Source: Promethearchaeota archaeon (GTDB lineage: Archaea > Asgardarchaeota > Lokiarchaeia > Sigyniarchaeales > SOKP01). From it: a DNA stretch of 12,645 nucleotides. The position numbers and the translations under genes are program-made. Below are positions 1-9,293 of this stretch, in pieces (the first letter of the stretch is position 1; every line of letters starts with the position of its first letter). A model generated the notes under the pieces. That model was not told where the DNA came from, did not search any database, and saw only the letters and a list, made by a program, of their open reading frames with translations. Location of the stretch: the NCBI GenBank assembly GCA_048941015.1, contig JBHLNZ010000081.1, forward strand, positions 1-12,645, read 5' to 3'.

Positions 1-188
1 TTGAGGGAGGTTTATTAGGAGGAAAAGGCTCTAATGCTCACTCAGCATCAATAGTTGGAGATACTTTTGGAGATCCCTTAAAAGATACTGCTGGACCTTC
101 TTTACATATTTTAGTAAAACTATTAAATACTATCTCTATAGCTTTCGCTCCAATCTTTTTAACCATTGGAGGAATACTAATCTTATAA
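1..188 (+). CDS. hppA: Membrane-bound H+/Na+-translocating pyrophosphatase, C-terminal fragment (5' end outside window)
   Basis: Frame starting at nt 3 reads [61 protein letters not shown], with stop TAA at 186-188. GGKGS..H...GDT.GDP.KDT.GPS is the conserved C-terminal motif of membrane PPases. Not in the ORF track. Confidence 0.95.
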   Translation, partial: EGGLLGGKGSNAHSASIVGDTFGDPLKDTAGPSLHILVKLLNTISIAFAPIFLTIGGILIL

Positions 189-223
189 TTTTAAATTTTT
201 CTTATAAAAGAAAAAAATTTTTT

Positions 224-979
224 TTAAATTATTTTGTTTAATTTTCTTTTAATCATCAAAACAGATCCGATAACAGCTAATATAATAGTCATGAAAATAA
301 GTGAAATAGGGGTACCCGGAATACTGATTGCGAAAATCAAATTAAAAGATATGAATTCGTTATAATATAATTTCAGAGTTTTAAGAATACCGTTTATATT
401 ATAATCAAGTATGATATGAATTTTGTAAGTATCATTATAATCTAACTCAATAGAGATCCCGTTAACTCTGGATTGAATATTATAATTTTCCAATGATGGT
501 ATAGAAGCAGCTTCACTTGTGAATTTAGTTGATAAATTATCCCAATCTACTTTAGTGGGTACAAAAAATGGTGTGCTTAAGAAGTAATTTAAACTGTAGT
601 TATTATAATCAAAATTATAAATTATTGATGTGTTATGGCTATTAATTAAATTCCAATTTTTAGAATTAAAATCAGAGTTATTATAATATTTGAAATCAAC
701 TACTACAAATTTAAAACCATCAATAATTTGTTCTTCTGAGATATTATTAATAACAATCTTATACCCTTCCTCATCATTTCCAAATATATAATTAATATAT
801 TGAGTTGCATCATCATTATAGTGTGTAAAGGAAGGCTCTGATATATCTAATTTCCATTTAAATATTTGATTCTCTTTAATTCCTACATAATTCAAGCTAT
901 TATTCGTCTTTACTGATGGTATAGTTATTAAAAGAAAAACTATAAGCAAAATAAATTTTTTTTTTTTAACCTTAATCAT
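224..979 (-). CDS. Secreted, C-terminally anchored surface protein with a Loki-CTERM-like tail
   Basis: N-terminal basic plus hydrophobic signal (KKKKFILLIVFLLITIP), Asn/Tyr-rich body, and a C-terminal IPG motif followed by a TM helix and basic tail (IPGTPISLIFMTIILAVIGSVLMIKRK). Confidence 0.75.
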   Translation of the reverse strand: MIKVKKKKFILLIVFLLITIPSVKTNNSLNYVGIKENQIFKWKLDISEPSFTHYNDDATQYINYIFGNDEEGYKIVINNISEEQIIDGFKFVVVDFKYYNNSDFNSKNWNLINSHNTSIIYNFDYNNYSLNYFLSTPFFVPTKVDWDNLSTKFTSEAASIPSLENYNIQSRVNGISIELDYNDTYKIHIILDYNINGILKTLKLYYNEFISFNLIFAISIPGTPISLIFMTIILAVIGSVLMIKRKLNKII

Positions 980-1163
980 TATTTTTACGTATTTTTCTAT
1001 AGATAGAGATCCTCTTATGAACGGCTCTTATAAATTCTTTGATTAAAAAATTTTAATAGAGTCTTTAAATGGATTTTTAAATTTTAGCAAATTTAAATTT
1101 TTTAAAGGTTATCCTTATAAAAGCACCTATACTAATAAATTCATAATTTAAAAAACAATAAAT

Positions 1164-1169
1164 AAGGTG
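1164..1169 (+). promoter_or_regulatory. Ribosome-binding site (AAGGTG) of glgP
   Basis: Matches the archaeal SD core GGAGGTG in part and lies 8 nt before in-frame ATT 1178. Confidence 0.55.
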
Positions 1170-1177
1170 TATAAAAG

Positions 1178-2890
1178 ATTAATAATGAACGAAATCAAGA
1201 AGTTGCTTACTTTTCTATGGAAATAGCATTAGAGAGTAGTGTTCCAATTTATTCTGGTGGTTTAGGTATTTTGGCGGGAGATGCACTACGATCTGCTGCA
1301 GATATGGGTGTACCGATGGTTGCAGTCACTTTAACTTATAATGCAGGTTACTTTTATCAAGAAATTACACCAGAAGGATATCAAGTCGAACATGATATGG
1401 AATGGGATTTTAGTGATGATTTTGAGAGAATTAATGAAAGAGTTCAACTTAATATCCAAGATAAGACAATAATTATTGAAGCGTGGTGTTATAACATTAT
1501 AGGAAGAACTGGTCATATAGTACCAGTGATTTTACTTGATACAGACTTAATAGATAATGAACCTTGGCAGAGAAATCTCACCCATATTTTATATGATGCT
1601 AATAAATTTCAACGGATTGCTCAGGAAATGATTTTAGGAATAGGTGGACTTAGAATGCTAGAAAAGTTAGGTTATAACAATATTAAGACCTATCATCTAA
1701 ATGAAGGACACGCTGCTTTTTTAATACTTGAATTACTTAAAAGATATGAAGATAAAAATCAAGTTAAACAAAGAGTTTGTTTCACAACACATACGCCAGT
1801 TAGAGCGGGGCTTGAGGAATTTGATTATAATTTAGCTAGGGATGTATTTAGATCTTATTTACCCGATAATATACGAGATTTTGCTGGCAAAGATACTCTT
1901 AATATGACTATTTTAGCTTTAAATTTTAGTAGATATATCAATGCAGTTTCAAAAAAACATCTTGAAGTTACTAAAAGAATGTTTCCTAATTATGAGATTG
2001 ATTCTATTACTAATGGTGTCCATGCTGGATATTGGTTATCACCATATATGAGAAATTTTTTTAATAATGAGTTTGGAAGAGATTGGCATCATAATTTGAC
2101 ACTTTTAGAAAATGCAGAAAGTCTTGACAGTTTTGAACTTTGGAGAACACATAATAAAGCTAAGCGTGACTTACTCGAATATGAAAAATCTCATTCTTGG
2201 ATATTATTAAATAATAAATTATTAACCATAGGATTTGCGAGAAGATTTGCTGAATATAAACGTCCTCTTCTAATCTTTTCCGAGATGGAGAGGTTAGCTA
2301 AAATTATGAAAGGAAAAGCTCAATTAATATTCGCTGGAAAAGCTCATCCAGCCGATGTTCAATCAAAATCTTTTATTAAAAATATATTTGATTTTAGTGA
2401 TTATCTATGGAATTCATATAAAATTGGAGTCGTATTTTTAGAGAATTATGAAATAGCATTAGCAAAATTATTAACAAGTGGAGTTGATATATGGCTTAAT
2501 AATCCTAGAAGATATCTTGAGGCAAGTGGAACTAGCGGGATGAAAGCTGCATTGAATGGTGTTTTAAATTTAAGCGTATTAGATGGATGGTGGATTGAAG
2601 GATTTAAACTTTCAAATGGTAAAGGAGGATGGTCTATTGGTCCTGAACCTTCTGATCCTAGTGCTGAAAAAGCGGATGATAAAGTAGATGTTGAAGATCT
2701 ATATCAAAAATTAGAAAATGAAATTATTCCCCTATATTATAATAACCAAGAGGAGTGGAGAGAAATGATGAAGCAGGCTATCAAATTAGGTGCATACTTT
2801 AATACTAACCGAATGGTGGAAGAATATGCTTTAAAATCTTATAAGTTGAGAAAGCAACCATTATGGGAAAGTTATAATGTTGGATTTTAA
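1178..2890 (+). CDS. glgP: Alpha-glucan (glycogen/maltodextrin) phosphorylase
   Basis: Motifs YSGGLGILAGD, HLNEGH, FTTHTP, ITNGVH, FARRFAEYKR, FAGKAHP and the PLP-lysine motif EASGTSGMK. The conserved VAYFS segment lies in frame upstream of the ATG at 1217, so the start is placed at ATT 1178 (see findings). Product is secure; exact start is less so. Confidence 0.95.
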   Translation: MNNERNQEVAYFSMEIALESSVPIYSGGLGILAGDALRSAADMGVPMVAVTLTYNAGYFYQEITPEGYQVEHDMEWDFSDDFERINERVQLNIQDKTIIIEAWCYNIIGRTGHIVPVILLDTDLIDNEPWQRNLTHILYDANKFQRIAQEMILGIGGLRMLEKLGYNNIKTYHLNEGHAAFLILELLKRYEDKNQVKQRVCFTTHTPVRAGLEEFDYNLARDVFRSYLPDNIRDFAGKDTLNMTILALNFSRYINAVSKKHLEVTKRMFPNYEIDSITNGVHAGYWLSPYMRNFFNNEFGRDWHHNLTLLENAESLDSFELWRTHNKAKRDLLEYEKSHSWILLNNKLLTIGFARRFAEYKRPLLIFSEMERLAKIMKGKAQLIFAGKAHPADVQSKSFIKNIFDFSDYLWNSYKIGVVFLENYEIALAKLLTSGVDIWLNNPRRYLEASGTSGMKAALNGVLNLSVLDGWWIEGFKLSNGKGGWSIGPEPSDPSAEKADDKVDVEDLYQKLENEIIPLYYNNQEEWREMMKQAIKLGAYFNTNRMVEEYALKSYKLRKQPLWESYNVGF

Positions 2891-3047
2891 ACCTACTATT
2901 TGAAAGAAAGATAATATATTACGATCCTCTTAGCGATTTACTATTGCTTTCTTTCTTTTTGTTTTAATAAAAATAGAATTTATTAAAAATCTTTGAAGAG
3001 AAAATTTCTTTAAATAATCTAGTATGATTAAATCTACTACCTTTCTC

Positions 3048-3073
3048 CCTAAGCTGACATATGTCGCATTAGG
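3048..3073. promoter_or_regulatory. Imperfect inverted repeat upstream of the H+-ATPase, candidate operator
   Basis: CCTAA-GCT-GACAT|ATGTC-GCA-TTAGG, with a perfect 10-bp core palindrome GACATATGTC at 3056-3065 in an otherwise AT-rich spacer. Confidence 0.35.
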
Positions 3074-3224
3074 CCATATAAACTAATTAATTAAGATTCT
3101 CCTTTATAATTTTTAGAATAAATCTTTATAAGATAATGTGTATCTTTTAGGTTTAATACAATTAGTTAAATTCTGATTCAAAATTCAGAATTATTTTATA
3201 TTATAAATTAAAGAAGTGTAAAAA

Positions 3225-5711
3225 TTGGAAAAAAACATAATAACCACAGAAGAAGCAAAAAAGATGGATATAGAGGACGTTTATTCACAGCTTAAGACTA
3301 ATAAATTGGGATTAAGTAAAGCGGATGCAGAAAAAAAATTAGAAATATATGGTTATAATGAAATTCCTGAGAAAAAAGTTCGACCGATTGTAAAATTTCT
3401 AAAAAATTTTTGGGGTCCTATCCCTTGGATGATTGAAGTTGCTGCGATTTTATCAATAATAATAGAACATTGGGATGATTTTGCGATAATAACTGCAATG
3501 CTTTTCATAAATAGTATTGTTAGATTCTGGGAAGAAAATAAAGCAGATAATGCTATAGCATTATTAAAAGAAAAATTAGCATTGAGAGCTGAAGTCCGTC
3601 GAGATGGAAAATGGATTGAAATAGAAGCTAGGTTATTGGTACCGGGAGATGTCGTTCATCTTAGATTAGGAGATATTATACCCGCAGATGTAAAATTAAT
3701 TGATGGGGAATATCTTACAGTTGATGAGTCTGTTTTAACTGGAGAATCATTACCTGTTGACAAAAAAATTTCAGATATGGGATATGAAGGTGCAATAATT
3801 CGTCAGGGTGAAATGGATGGTGTTATTGTAGGAACAGGATTGAATACGTTTTTTGGTAAGACTACACAATTAGTTGAACAAGCAAAAACAAAGAGCCACT
3901 TTCAAAAAGCAATAGTTAAGATTGGTAATTATCTTATTATTATAGCAGTTATCCTTGTGGCTATAGTATTAGTTGTAGGGTTATTAAGAGATTTTTTATT
4001 TTTTGGAAAAGAAAATGTTTTTAGTTTACTCCAATTTGCTCTAGTTTTAGTAGTAGCTGCGATTCCAGTTGCTTTACCTGCGGTAATGATGGTTTCAATG
4101 GCAGTTGGTGCTATGGAATTGGCTAAAAAGAAAGCAATTGTAAGTCGGTTACTTTCAATTGAAGAAGCAGCTAGTGTAGATGTTCTATGTAGCGATAAAA
4201 CAGGAACTCTCACAAAAAATGAAATATCAATAGCTAAGGTCATACCAATGAGTAATTATTCAGAAAATGATGTAATTCTGTATGGAGGATTAGCATCAAA
4301 AGAGGAAAGCAAGGATCCGATTGATGATGCATTTTTTGTCAAAATAAAAGAAGATCCAGAACGAGATTCGTTGTTCTCAAAATACAATTTAGTATCGTTC
4401 AAACCTTTTGATCCTATAATAAAACGAACAGAAGCAACGGTAAGAGATGAAAATGGCAGAGAAGTTCAGATTTCTAAGGGTGCTCTTCAAGTTATTTTAA
4501 CCTTAGTAAAAGGAGATCAAGCACTTCAGCAAAAAGTTAATGATCAAGGAAAAGATTTCGCAGCGGTGGGATTTAGAGCACTTGGAGTAGCTAAATCTAA
4601 CAGTCAAGGTAAATGGGAGTATGTTGGTATCGTTGCTTTACATGATCCACCACGAGAAGATTCATTCGACACAATAAAAACAGCAAAATCGTTGGGAATA
4701 AATGTAAAAATGGTAACGGGAGATCATATAGAGATTGCGAAACAAATTGCTGGTAATTTAGGAATTGGAACAAATATAGTAATATCTTCAGAAATTATAG
4801 GGAAAAGTGACTCTGATACTATAAAATTAGTTGAGAATGCTGATGGCTTTGCTGAAGTATATCCCGAACATAAATATCATATTGTAGAACTTCTACAAGA
4901 TAAAGATCATGTAGTTGGGATGACTGGTGATGGTGTAAATGACGCTCCTGCTTTAAAAAAAGCGGATATCGGAATTGCGGTTTCTAATGCGACGGACGCA
5001 GCAAAATCTGCTGCTGATATAGTTTTAACCGATCCGGGTATTTCAGTTATAGTAAAAGCGACAATAGAAAGCCGAAAGATCTTTGAAAGAATGAAAAGTT
5101 ACGCAGTATATAGAATTGCAGAAACTGTTCGAATTCTTATTTTTTTAGTCCTTTCTATAACAATTTTCTCATTTTACCCGATAACTGCTATAATGATCGT
5201 CATTTTAGCTCTTCTAAATGATTTACCGATAATGACAATTGCATTTGATAATACAAGAATTGCCGAAAAACCAGTTAGATGGAGAATGCAAAGAATTTTA
5301 ATATTATCTTCGATTTTAGGACTTGCTGGGGTTGCTTTTAGCTTTTCAATATTCTTAATTGGAAAGTATGTCTTTCTACTTGATTTAGCGACACTTCAGA
5401 CATTTATCTTCCTGAAATTAACTGTAGCAGGTCATATGACGATATATCTTACGAGAACTGATAAAGATAATTTTTGGAAACGACCTTTTCCATCAAAAAT
5501 TCTCTTTATCACTTGCGAATCAACCCAAGTAGTTGCAACTATTTTTGCTGCAACTGGAGTTTTTATGGCCCCAATTGGTTGGGTATTAACAGGTTTTATA
5601 TGGGTGTTCGCTCTTGGCGCGTTTATTGGAAATAACTTCCTAAAGGTAGCAACTATAAAATGGTTGAATAGAAGAGATGCTAAAAAAATAGAAAAAAAAA
5701 TAATAAAATAA
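3225..5711 (+). CDS. Plasma-membrane-type proton-efflux P-type ATPase (P3A subfamily)
   Basis: DKTGTLT phosphorylation site, TGES, KGA, MVTGD and GMTGDGVNDAPALKKAD, plus P3A-typical FWGPIPWMIE, AIPVALP and M6 ALLND. TTG start 6 nt after AGAAGTG. Confidence 0.95.
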   Translation: MEKNIITTEEAKKMDIEDVYSQLKTNKLGLSKADAEKKLEIYGYNEIPEKKVRPIVKFLKNFWGPIPWMIEVAAILSIIIEHWDDFAIITAMLFINSIVRFWEENKADNAIALLKEKLALRAEVRRDGKWIEIEARLLVPGDVVHLRLGDIIPADVKLIDGEYLTVDESVLTGESLPVDKKISDMGYEGAIIRQGEMDGVIVGTGLNTFFGKTTQLVEQAKTKSHFQKAIVKIGNYLIIIAVILVAIVLVVGLLRDFLFFGKENVFSLLQFALVLVVAAIPVALPAVMMVSMAVGAMELAKKKAIVSRLLSIEEAASVDVLCSDKTGTLTKNEISIAKVIPMSNYSENDVILYGGLASKEESKDPIDDAFFVKIKEDPERDSLFSKYNLVSFKPFDPIIKRTEATVRDENGREVQISKGALQVILTLVKGDQALQQKVNDQGKDFAAVGFRALGVAKSNSQGKWEYVGIVALHDPPREDSFDTIKTAKSLGINVKMVTGDHIEIAKQIAGNLGIGTNIVISSEIIGKSDSDTIKLVENADGFAEVYPEHKYHIVELLQDKDHVVGMTGDGVNDAPALKKADIGIAVSNATDAAKSAADIVLTDPGISVIVKATIESRKIFERMKSYAVYRIAETVRILIFLVLSITIFSFYPITAIMIVILALLNDLPIMTIAFDNTRIAEKPVRWRMQRILILSSILGLAGVAFSFSIFLIGKYVFLLDLATLQTFIFLKLTVAGHMTIYLTRTDKDNFWKRPFPSKILFITCESTQVVATIFAATGVFMAPIGWVLTGFIWVFALGAFIGNNFLKVATIKWLNRRDAKKIEKKIIK

Positions 5712-5744
5712 AGTTAATATTTTTTTATAATATTTTAAAATAAA

Positions 5745-6200
5745 TCATCTAACAATCAGTACATCAGAATTAGTATCGTTCATTACTTTTAATGGGACTG
5801 TACCTACAATTGAACGGGTTATCTTTGAATGATGCCCTTTACACCCTAAAATTACAAGATCAAAATTTTCCTTTTTCACGGTTTTTTTAATATAATCTTC
5901 AGGAGGAATATCATATACTAATCTTGTTTCTACTTTTGCATCTGATTGGTTATATAATTCATTTAAGTCTTTTAAAATTTTTTCTCCTTTTTTAATATAA
6001 TCTTCATGTATAGTTAATGCAATATTGCTGCCTCCTCCTGATATAGATATTAAACTGGGGTTTATTTCTGAAAAATGATGTAAAACTGAATGAAAAGCTA
6101 CTACCTCACTACCATAATTCTTTTGAAGTTCAATAGCTTTTTTAGCCGCTCGTACTGCATCTTCTGAATCATCAATTCCTAATAGTATCTTTCTATACAT
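5745..6200 (-). CDS. Universal stress protein (UspA family)
   Basis: MYRKILLGIDDSEDA...A N-terminus and DLVILGCKGH...GTVP..V...DVLIVR C-terminus are typical of USP. Start moved from 6266 to ATG 6200, which lies 7 nt after AAGTG and matches the family's usual N-terminus. Confidence 0.92.
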   Translation of the reverse strand: MYRKILLGIDDSEDAVRAAKKAIELQKNYGSEVVAFHSVLHHFSEINPSLISISGGGSNIALTIHEDYIKKGEKILKDLNELYNQSDAKVETRLVYDIPPEDYIKKTVKKENFDLVILGCKGHHSKITRSIVGTVPLKVMNDTNSDVLIVR

Positions 6201-6540
6201 AATAAAACACTTAATTAATTGATTTTTAATTATGCAATATAGAATTAATTTTATAAAGATAATCACTAAAAATTATTAATAAAAATGATACTAATTCTTA
6301 ATCTGTTAATCTAATTAGCCATTTCTTTTACAATTTGTAAGGATTTAATAAATTAACTTTTAAAATGTTAGAAGAAATTGCCTTTAACTGTAATTTTATT
6401 AAAAGCAGATTTAGATAATCTTAATTTAAAAACTTACAATTTATTATAAATAATTACTTTAAAATTCAAAAATTAATATTTAATATAACCCTCAGATCAT
6501 TATTTTAGAGGTTTAATATTGCTATAATAAGTGCATAAAT

Positions 6541-7524
6541 TTGAAAGAGCGAATCAAGGGAAGAAACAATTTTCCAACAAAAGAAGTGGATCCTGTAAAT
6601 TTTATTGATGATGATCAAGTTAAAAAGATGGTTGAGAATCTTGATAATATAAATTTCTCTCAAGAAGATTATCTTAAACTTTACAATTGTGTTCACTGCG
6701 GTGAATGTGATACAGAAAACGAAAGAATACTTCTAAAGGAGAAGTTTCTAAAAGAAGGATATGTAGTGGAAGGTCTTAATGATATGATTGAATGTTTTGA
6801 AAAATTCAGGACACCATATCCATCTAATAAAATGCGTATAAAGAGACCAGAGGGTATATCTAATGATTCAGATACTCTTTTCTTTATGGGATGTCTTTCC
6901 ACCATTAGAATACCCAGATATACTGAGCATGCTATTCAGTATTTATTAAAAGTCAAAATAGATTTCACGATTTTAGAAACAGAAATTTGCTGTGGATGGC
7001 CTTGGTTTGCTAGTGGTTCGATGAGAGAATTTGAAATATGTAAAAAAGAGAACATAGAAATTTTTAAGAATTATAAAAAGGTTATTTGTCTTTGTCCTGC
7101 TTGTTACTATCTCTTTAGTAAATATTATAAACCTGAAATGGATACTGATATTAAATTCACTTATATCTCAGATTTTTTAAAACCTTCTGATAAGAAAAAA
7201 GCTGGTAAAGTAAGCATCCAACACTTATGTCAGTTGATGAACAGAGGTCGAAAAGGAGTTGATAGATATATTAATAATATCTTAAAAAAAAGTGGATATG
7301 AAGTATCTGAAATCCCACATTGGTGTTGTGGTGGAGGTTTGGGTTATATGCACAGAACAGATATAATTGAAGCCATAGCTAAGAAAAGAATGGAGGATTT
7401 TGATGAATCTAATGCTAATTATGCAACAACATACTGTCCTTCATGCTGGTGGATATTAAATAGGTTTAGTAAATTATGTAAGATTAACCCAAAGGCTAAA
7501 GATTTATTTGAATTATTATTATAG
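6541..7524 (+). CDS. (Fe-S)-binding protein with two CCG domains (HdrD/GlpC-like), paralog 1
   Basis: CVHCGEC, then FMGC, ICCG, CPAC, HLC, WCCGGG and CPSC. TTG start 7 nt after AAGTG. Confidence 0.88.
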   Translation: MKERIKGRNNFPTKEVDPVNFIDDDQVKKMVENLDNINFSQEDYLKLYNCVHCGECDTENERILLKEKFLKEGYVVEGLNDMIECFEKFRTPYPSNKMRIKRPEGISNDSDTLFFMGCLSTIRIPRYTEHAIQYLLKVKIDFTILETEICCGWPWFASGSMREFEICKKENIEIFKNYKKVICLCPACYYLFSKYYKPEMDTDIKFTYISDFLKPSDKKKAGKVSIQHLCQLMNRGRKGVDRYINNILKKSGYEVSEIPHWCCGGGLGYMHRTDIIEAIAKKRMEDFDESNANYATTYCPSCWWILNRFSKLCKINPKAKDLFELLL

Positions 7525-7534
7525 TTGATTTTAA

Positions 7535-8530
7535 TTGAAGGATGATTATATTTGTCCATGTAGAGACGTTGATCCTGACCATTTTCTAACTAATGAAGAT
7601 GTAATTGAACTTTTAAAAAATAAGGATAAGTTTAAATTTGAACAAGATGACTATTATAGGTTGTACAATTGCATTCATTGCGGTGCATGTGGAACTCAAA
7701 ATGAAAGGTTCTTACTAAAGCAAAAATTTCTATATGATGGAAATAAAATCAAAGGATTAAACGAAAATATAGAAACATTACTGAAATATGGTACTCCATT
7801 TAAATATAATAAGAGCAGAATTAAGAATTTAGAAGGAATTAATAATAACTCTAAAACTTTATTATACTTTGGATGTTTCACGACAGTTAAAACGCCTGAG
7901 TATGGAAAAAATATTGCAAAGTATCTAATTCAAAAAAAAATTGATCTAACCATTTTAAAACAAGAGATATGTTGTGGGTATCCTATTTTATGCACCGGAG
8001 AATTTGATACTTATGAAAAACTTGTTGAAAGAAATAAAAAGATCTTTTTAGAAAATGAATATGAAAAGATTATTACTGTTTGTCCCAGTTGTTATATGGT
8101 ATTCAAAAAAGAATATAGTGAACTAAATATTAAAATTGAATACTTTACAGAATATTTAACTCCTTTAGAAAGGAAAAAATCAGGTAACTTAATATTTCAG
8201 CATGCTTGTCCTTTAGTTTATATAGAATTTCCAGGAATTGAAAACAGTTTAAGAGAATTATATGAAAAAAGTGGTTATAATATAGTAGATGTTCCTCATT
8301 ACTGCTGTGGGGGAGGTGTAGGACATCAACTGAGAGTTGATATTGCTGAAAAAATAGCCATTAGAAGAATGAAAGATTTTAAGGTTGATGGAGGTTTTAT
8401 TCCAAAAGAATTGGGAAAGGATGGATATATTACAACTTTTTGTCCTGATGCTTACTGGATTTTAAAATTTTTTGGAAGGAAGATAAGTTATCAATTAAAA
8501 GATCCATGTGATTTATTAATGGAACTGTAA
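7535..8530 (+). CDS. (Fe-S)-binding protein with two CCG domains (HdrD/GlpC-like), paralog 2
   Basis: CIHCGAC, YFGC, ICCG, CPSC, HAC, YCCGGG and CPDA. Colinear with the upstream paralog, 10-nt spacer, TTG start. Confidence 0.88.
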   Translation: MKDDYICPCRDVDPDHFLTNEDVIELLKNKDKFKFEQDDYYRLYNCIHCGACGTQNERFLLKQKFLYDGNKIKGLNENIETLLKYGTPFKYNKSRIKNLEGINNNSKTLLYFGCFTTVKTPEYGKNIAKYLIQKKIDLTILKQEICCGYPILCTGEFDTYEKLVERNKKIFLENEYEKIITVCPSCYMVFKKEYSELNIKIEYFTEYLTPLERKKSGNLIFQHACPLVYIEFPGIENSLRELYEKSGYNIVDVPHYCCGGGVGHQLRVDIAEKIAIRRMKDFKVDGGFIPKELGKDGYITTFCPDAYWILKFFGRKISYQLKDPCDLLMEL

Positions 8531-8532
8531 AG

Positions 8533-9102
8533 TTAAACTGCTGAAAAAAGTATTTTACATTCTTCTTTTTCGGTTTCATAATCATATAAATTTAAAAAGT
8601 CCCAGATTTCTAATGCAAAATCGACAAATGCATTTCCTTTAGCGGTGATCACATTATGATCTCTCACTACTCTACTATCGATATAATTTGCTCGAGGGAA
8701 AGGGTCCTCTTCATGCATTTCTTTGTATTCTTCAGGTGTCATTGAACATGTGTATTTTATTTTATTTAAAATGCCTAATTTTGCTAGATACTCTGGTCCT
8801 CCACAAATCGCTGCCACCATCTTTTTCTCCTCCATTAGTTTCAAAATTAAATTCTTTAGTTCTGGTTTAATAACTCGTTCAACTCCACCTGGAATAATTA
8901 TTCCTTGAACATTGGTTAGAGAGGAGATTTCATTAAGTCTCATATCAGGGGTAACTTTCATTCCTCCTAAGCTTTTAACAGGCGAATTTTCATATCCAAC
9001 ATATATAACATTAAAATCTTCATCCTGTGTAATATAATGGCATACGAGAGCGATTTCAAAATTAACAAAAGTATCATATACAAAACATATAATATTTTTC
9101 AT
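8533..9102 (-). CDS. DJ-1/PfpI family protein (glutamine-amidotransferase-like fold)
   Basis: N-terminal conserved Glu (FEI), PVKSLGGM.V.PD, GIIIPGG, nucleophile elbow AAICGGP and V.D.NVITA.G. Confidence 0.92.
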   Translation of the reverse strand: MKNIICFVYDTFVNFEIALVCHYITQDEDFNVIYVGYENSPVKSLGGMKVTPDMRLNEISSLTNVQGIIIPGGVERVIKPELKNLILKLMEEKKMVAAICGGPEYLAKLGILNKIKYTCSMTPEEYKEMHEEDPFPRANYIDSRVVRDHNVITAKGNAFVDFALEIWDFLNLYDYETEKEECKILFSAV

Positions 9103-9293
9103 GCTAGTGAATAATTTAATCTAAAAAAAAAAATTTCCCTTTTAATTAAAAATGATATAAATCTTAAAAGAAAGTCGATAAATAGGATTATTCCAAAACA
9201 CATTATTTTGGTTATTTTTTATAATTTAAACGAATAAATATTTTAAATCTAAATTCAAATATACATCTTAGAATAAATTGAAAGGGTGATTTA

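Noticed and set aside
6201-6266. 22-aa N-terminal extension of the USP in the ORF track
   Set aside because: Low-complexity AT-rich translation. The family-typical start MYRKIL at 6200 has an SD-like AAGTG at normal spacing.
6328-6340. Palindrome TTACAA-T-TTGTAA between USP and the CCG genes
   Set aside because: Could be an operator, but it is short and AT-rich in a very AT-rich spacer, so it cannot be distinguished from chance without comparative data.
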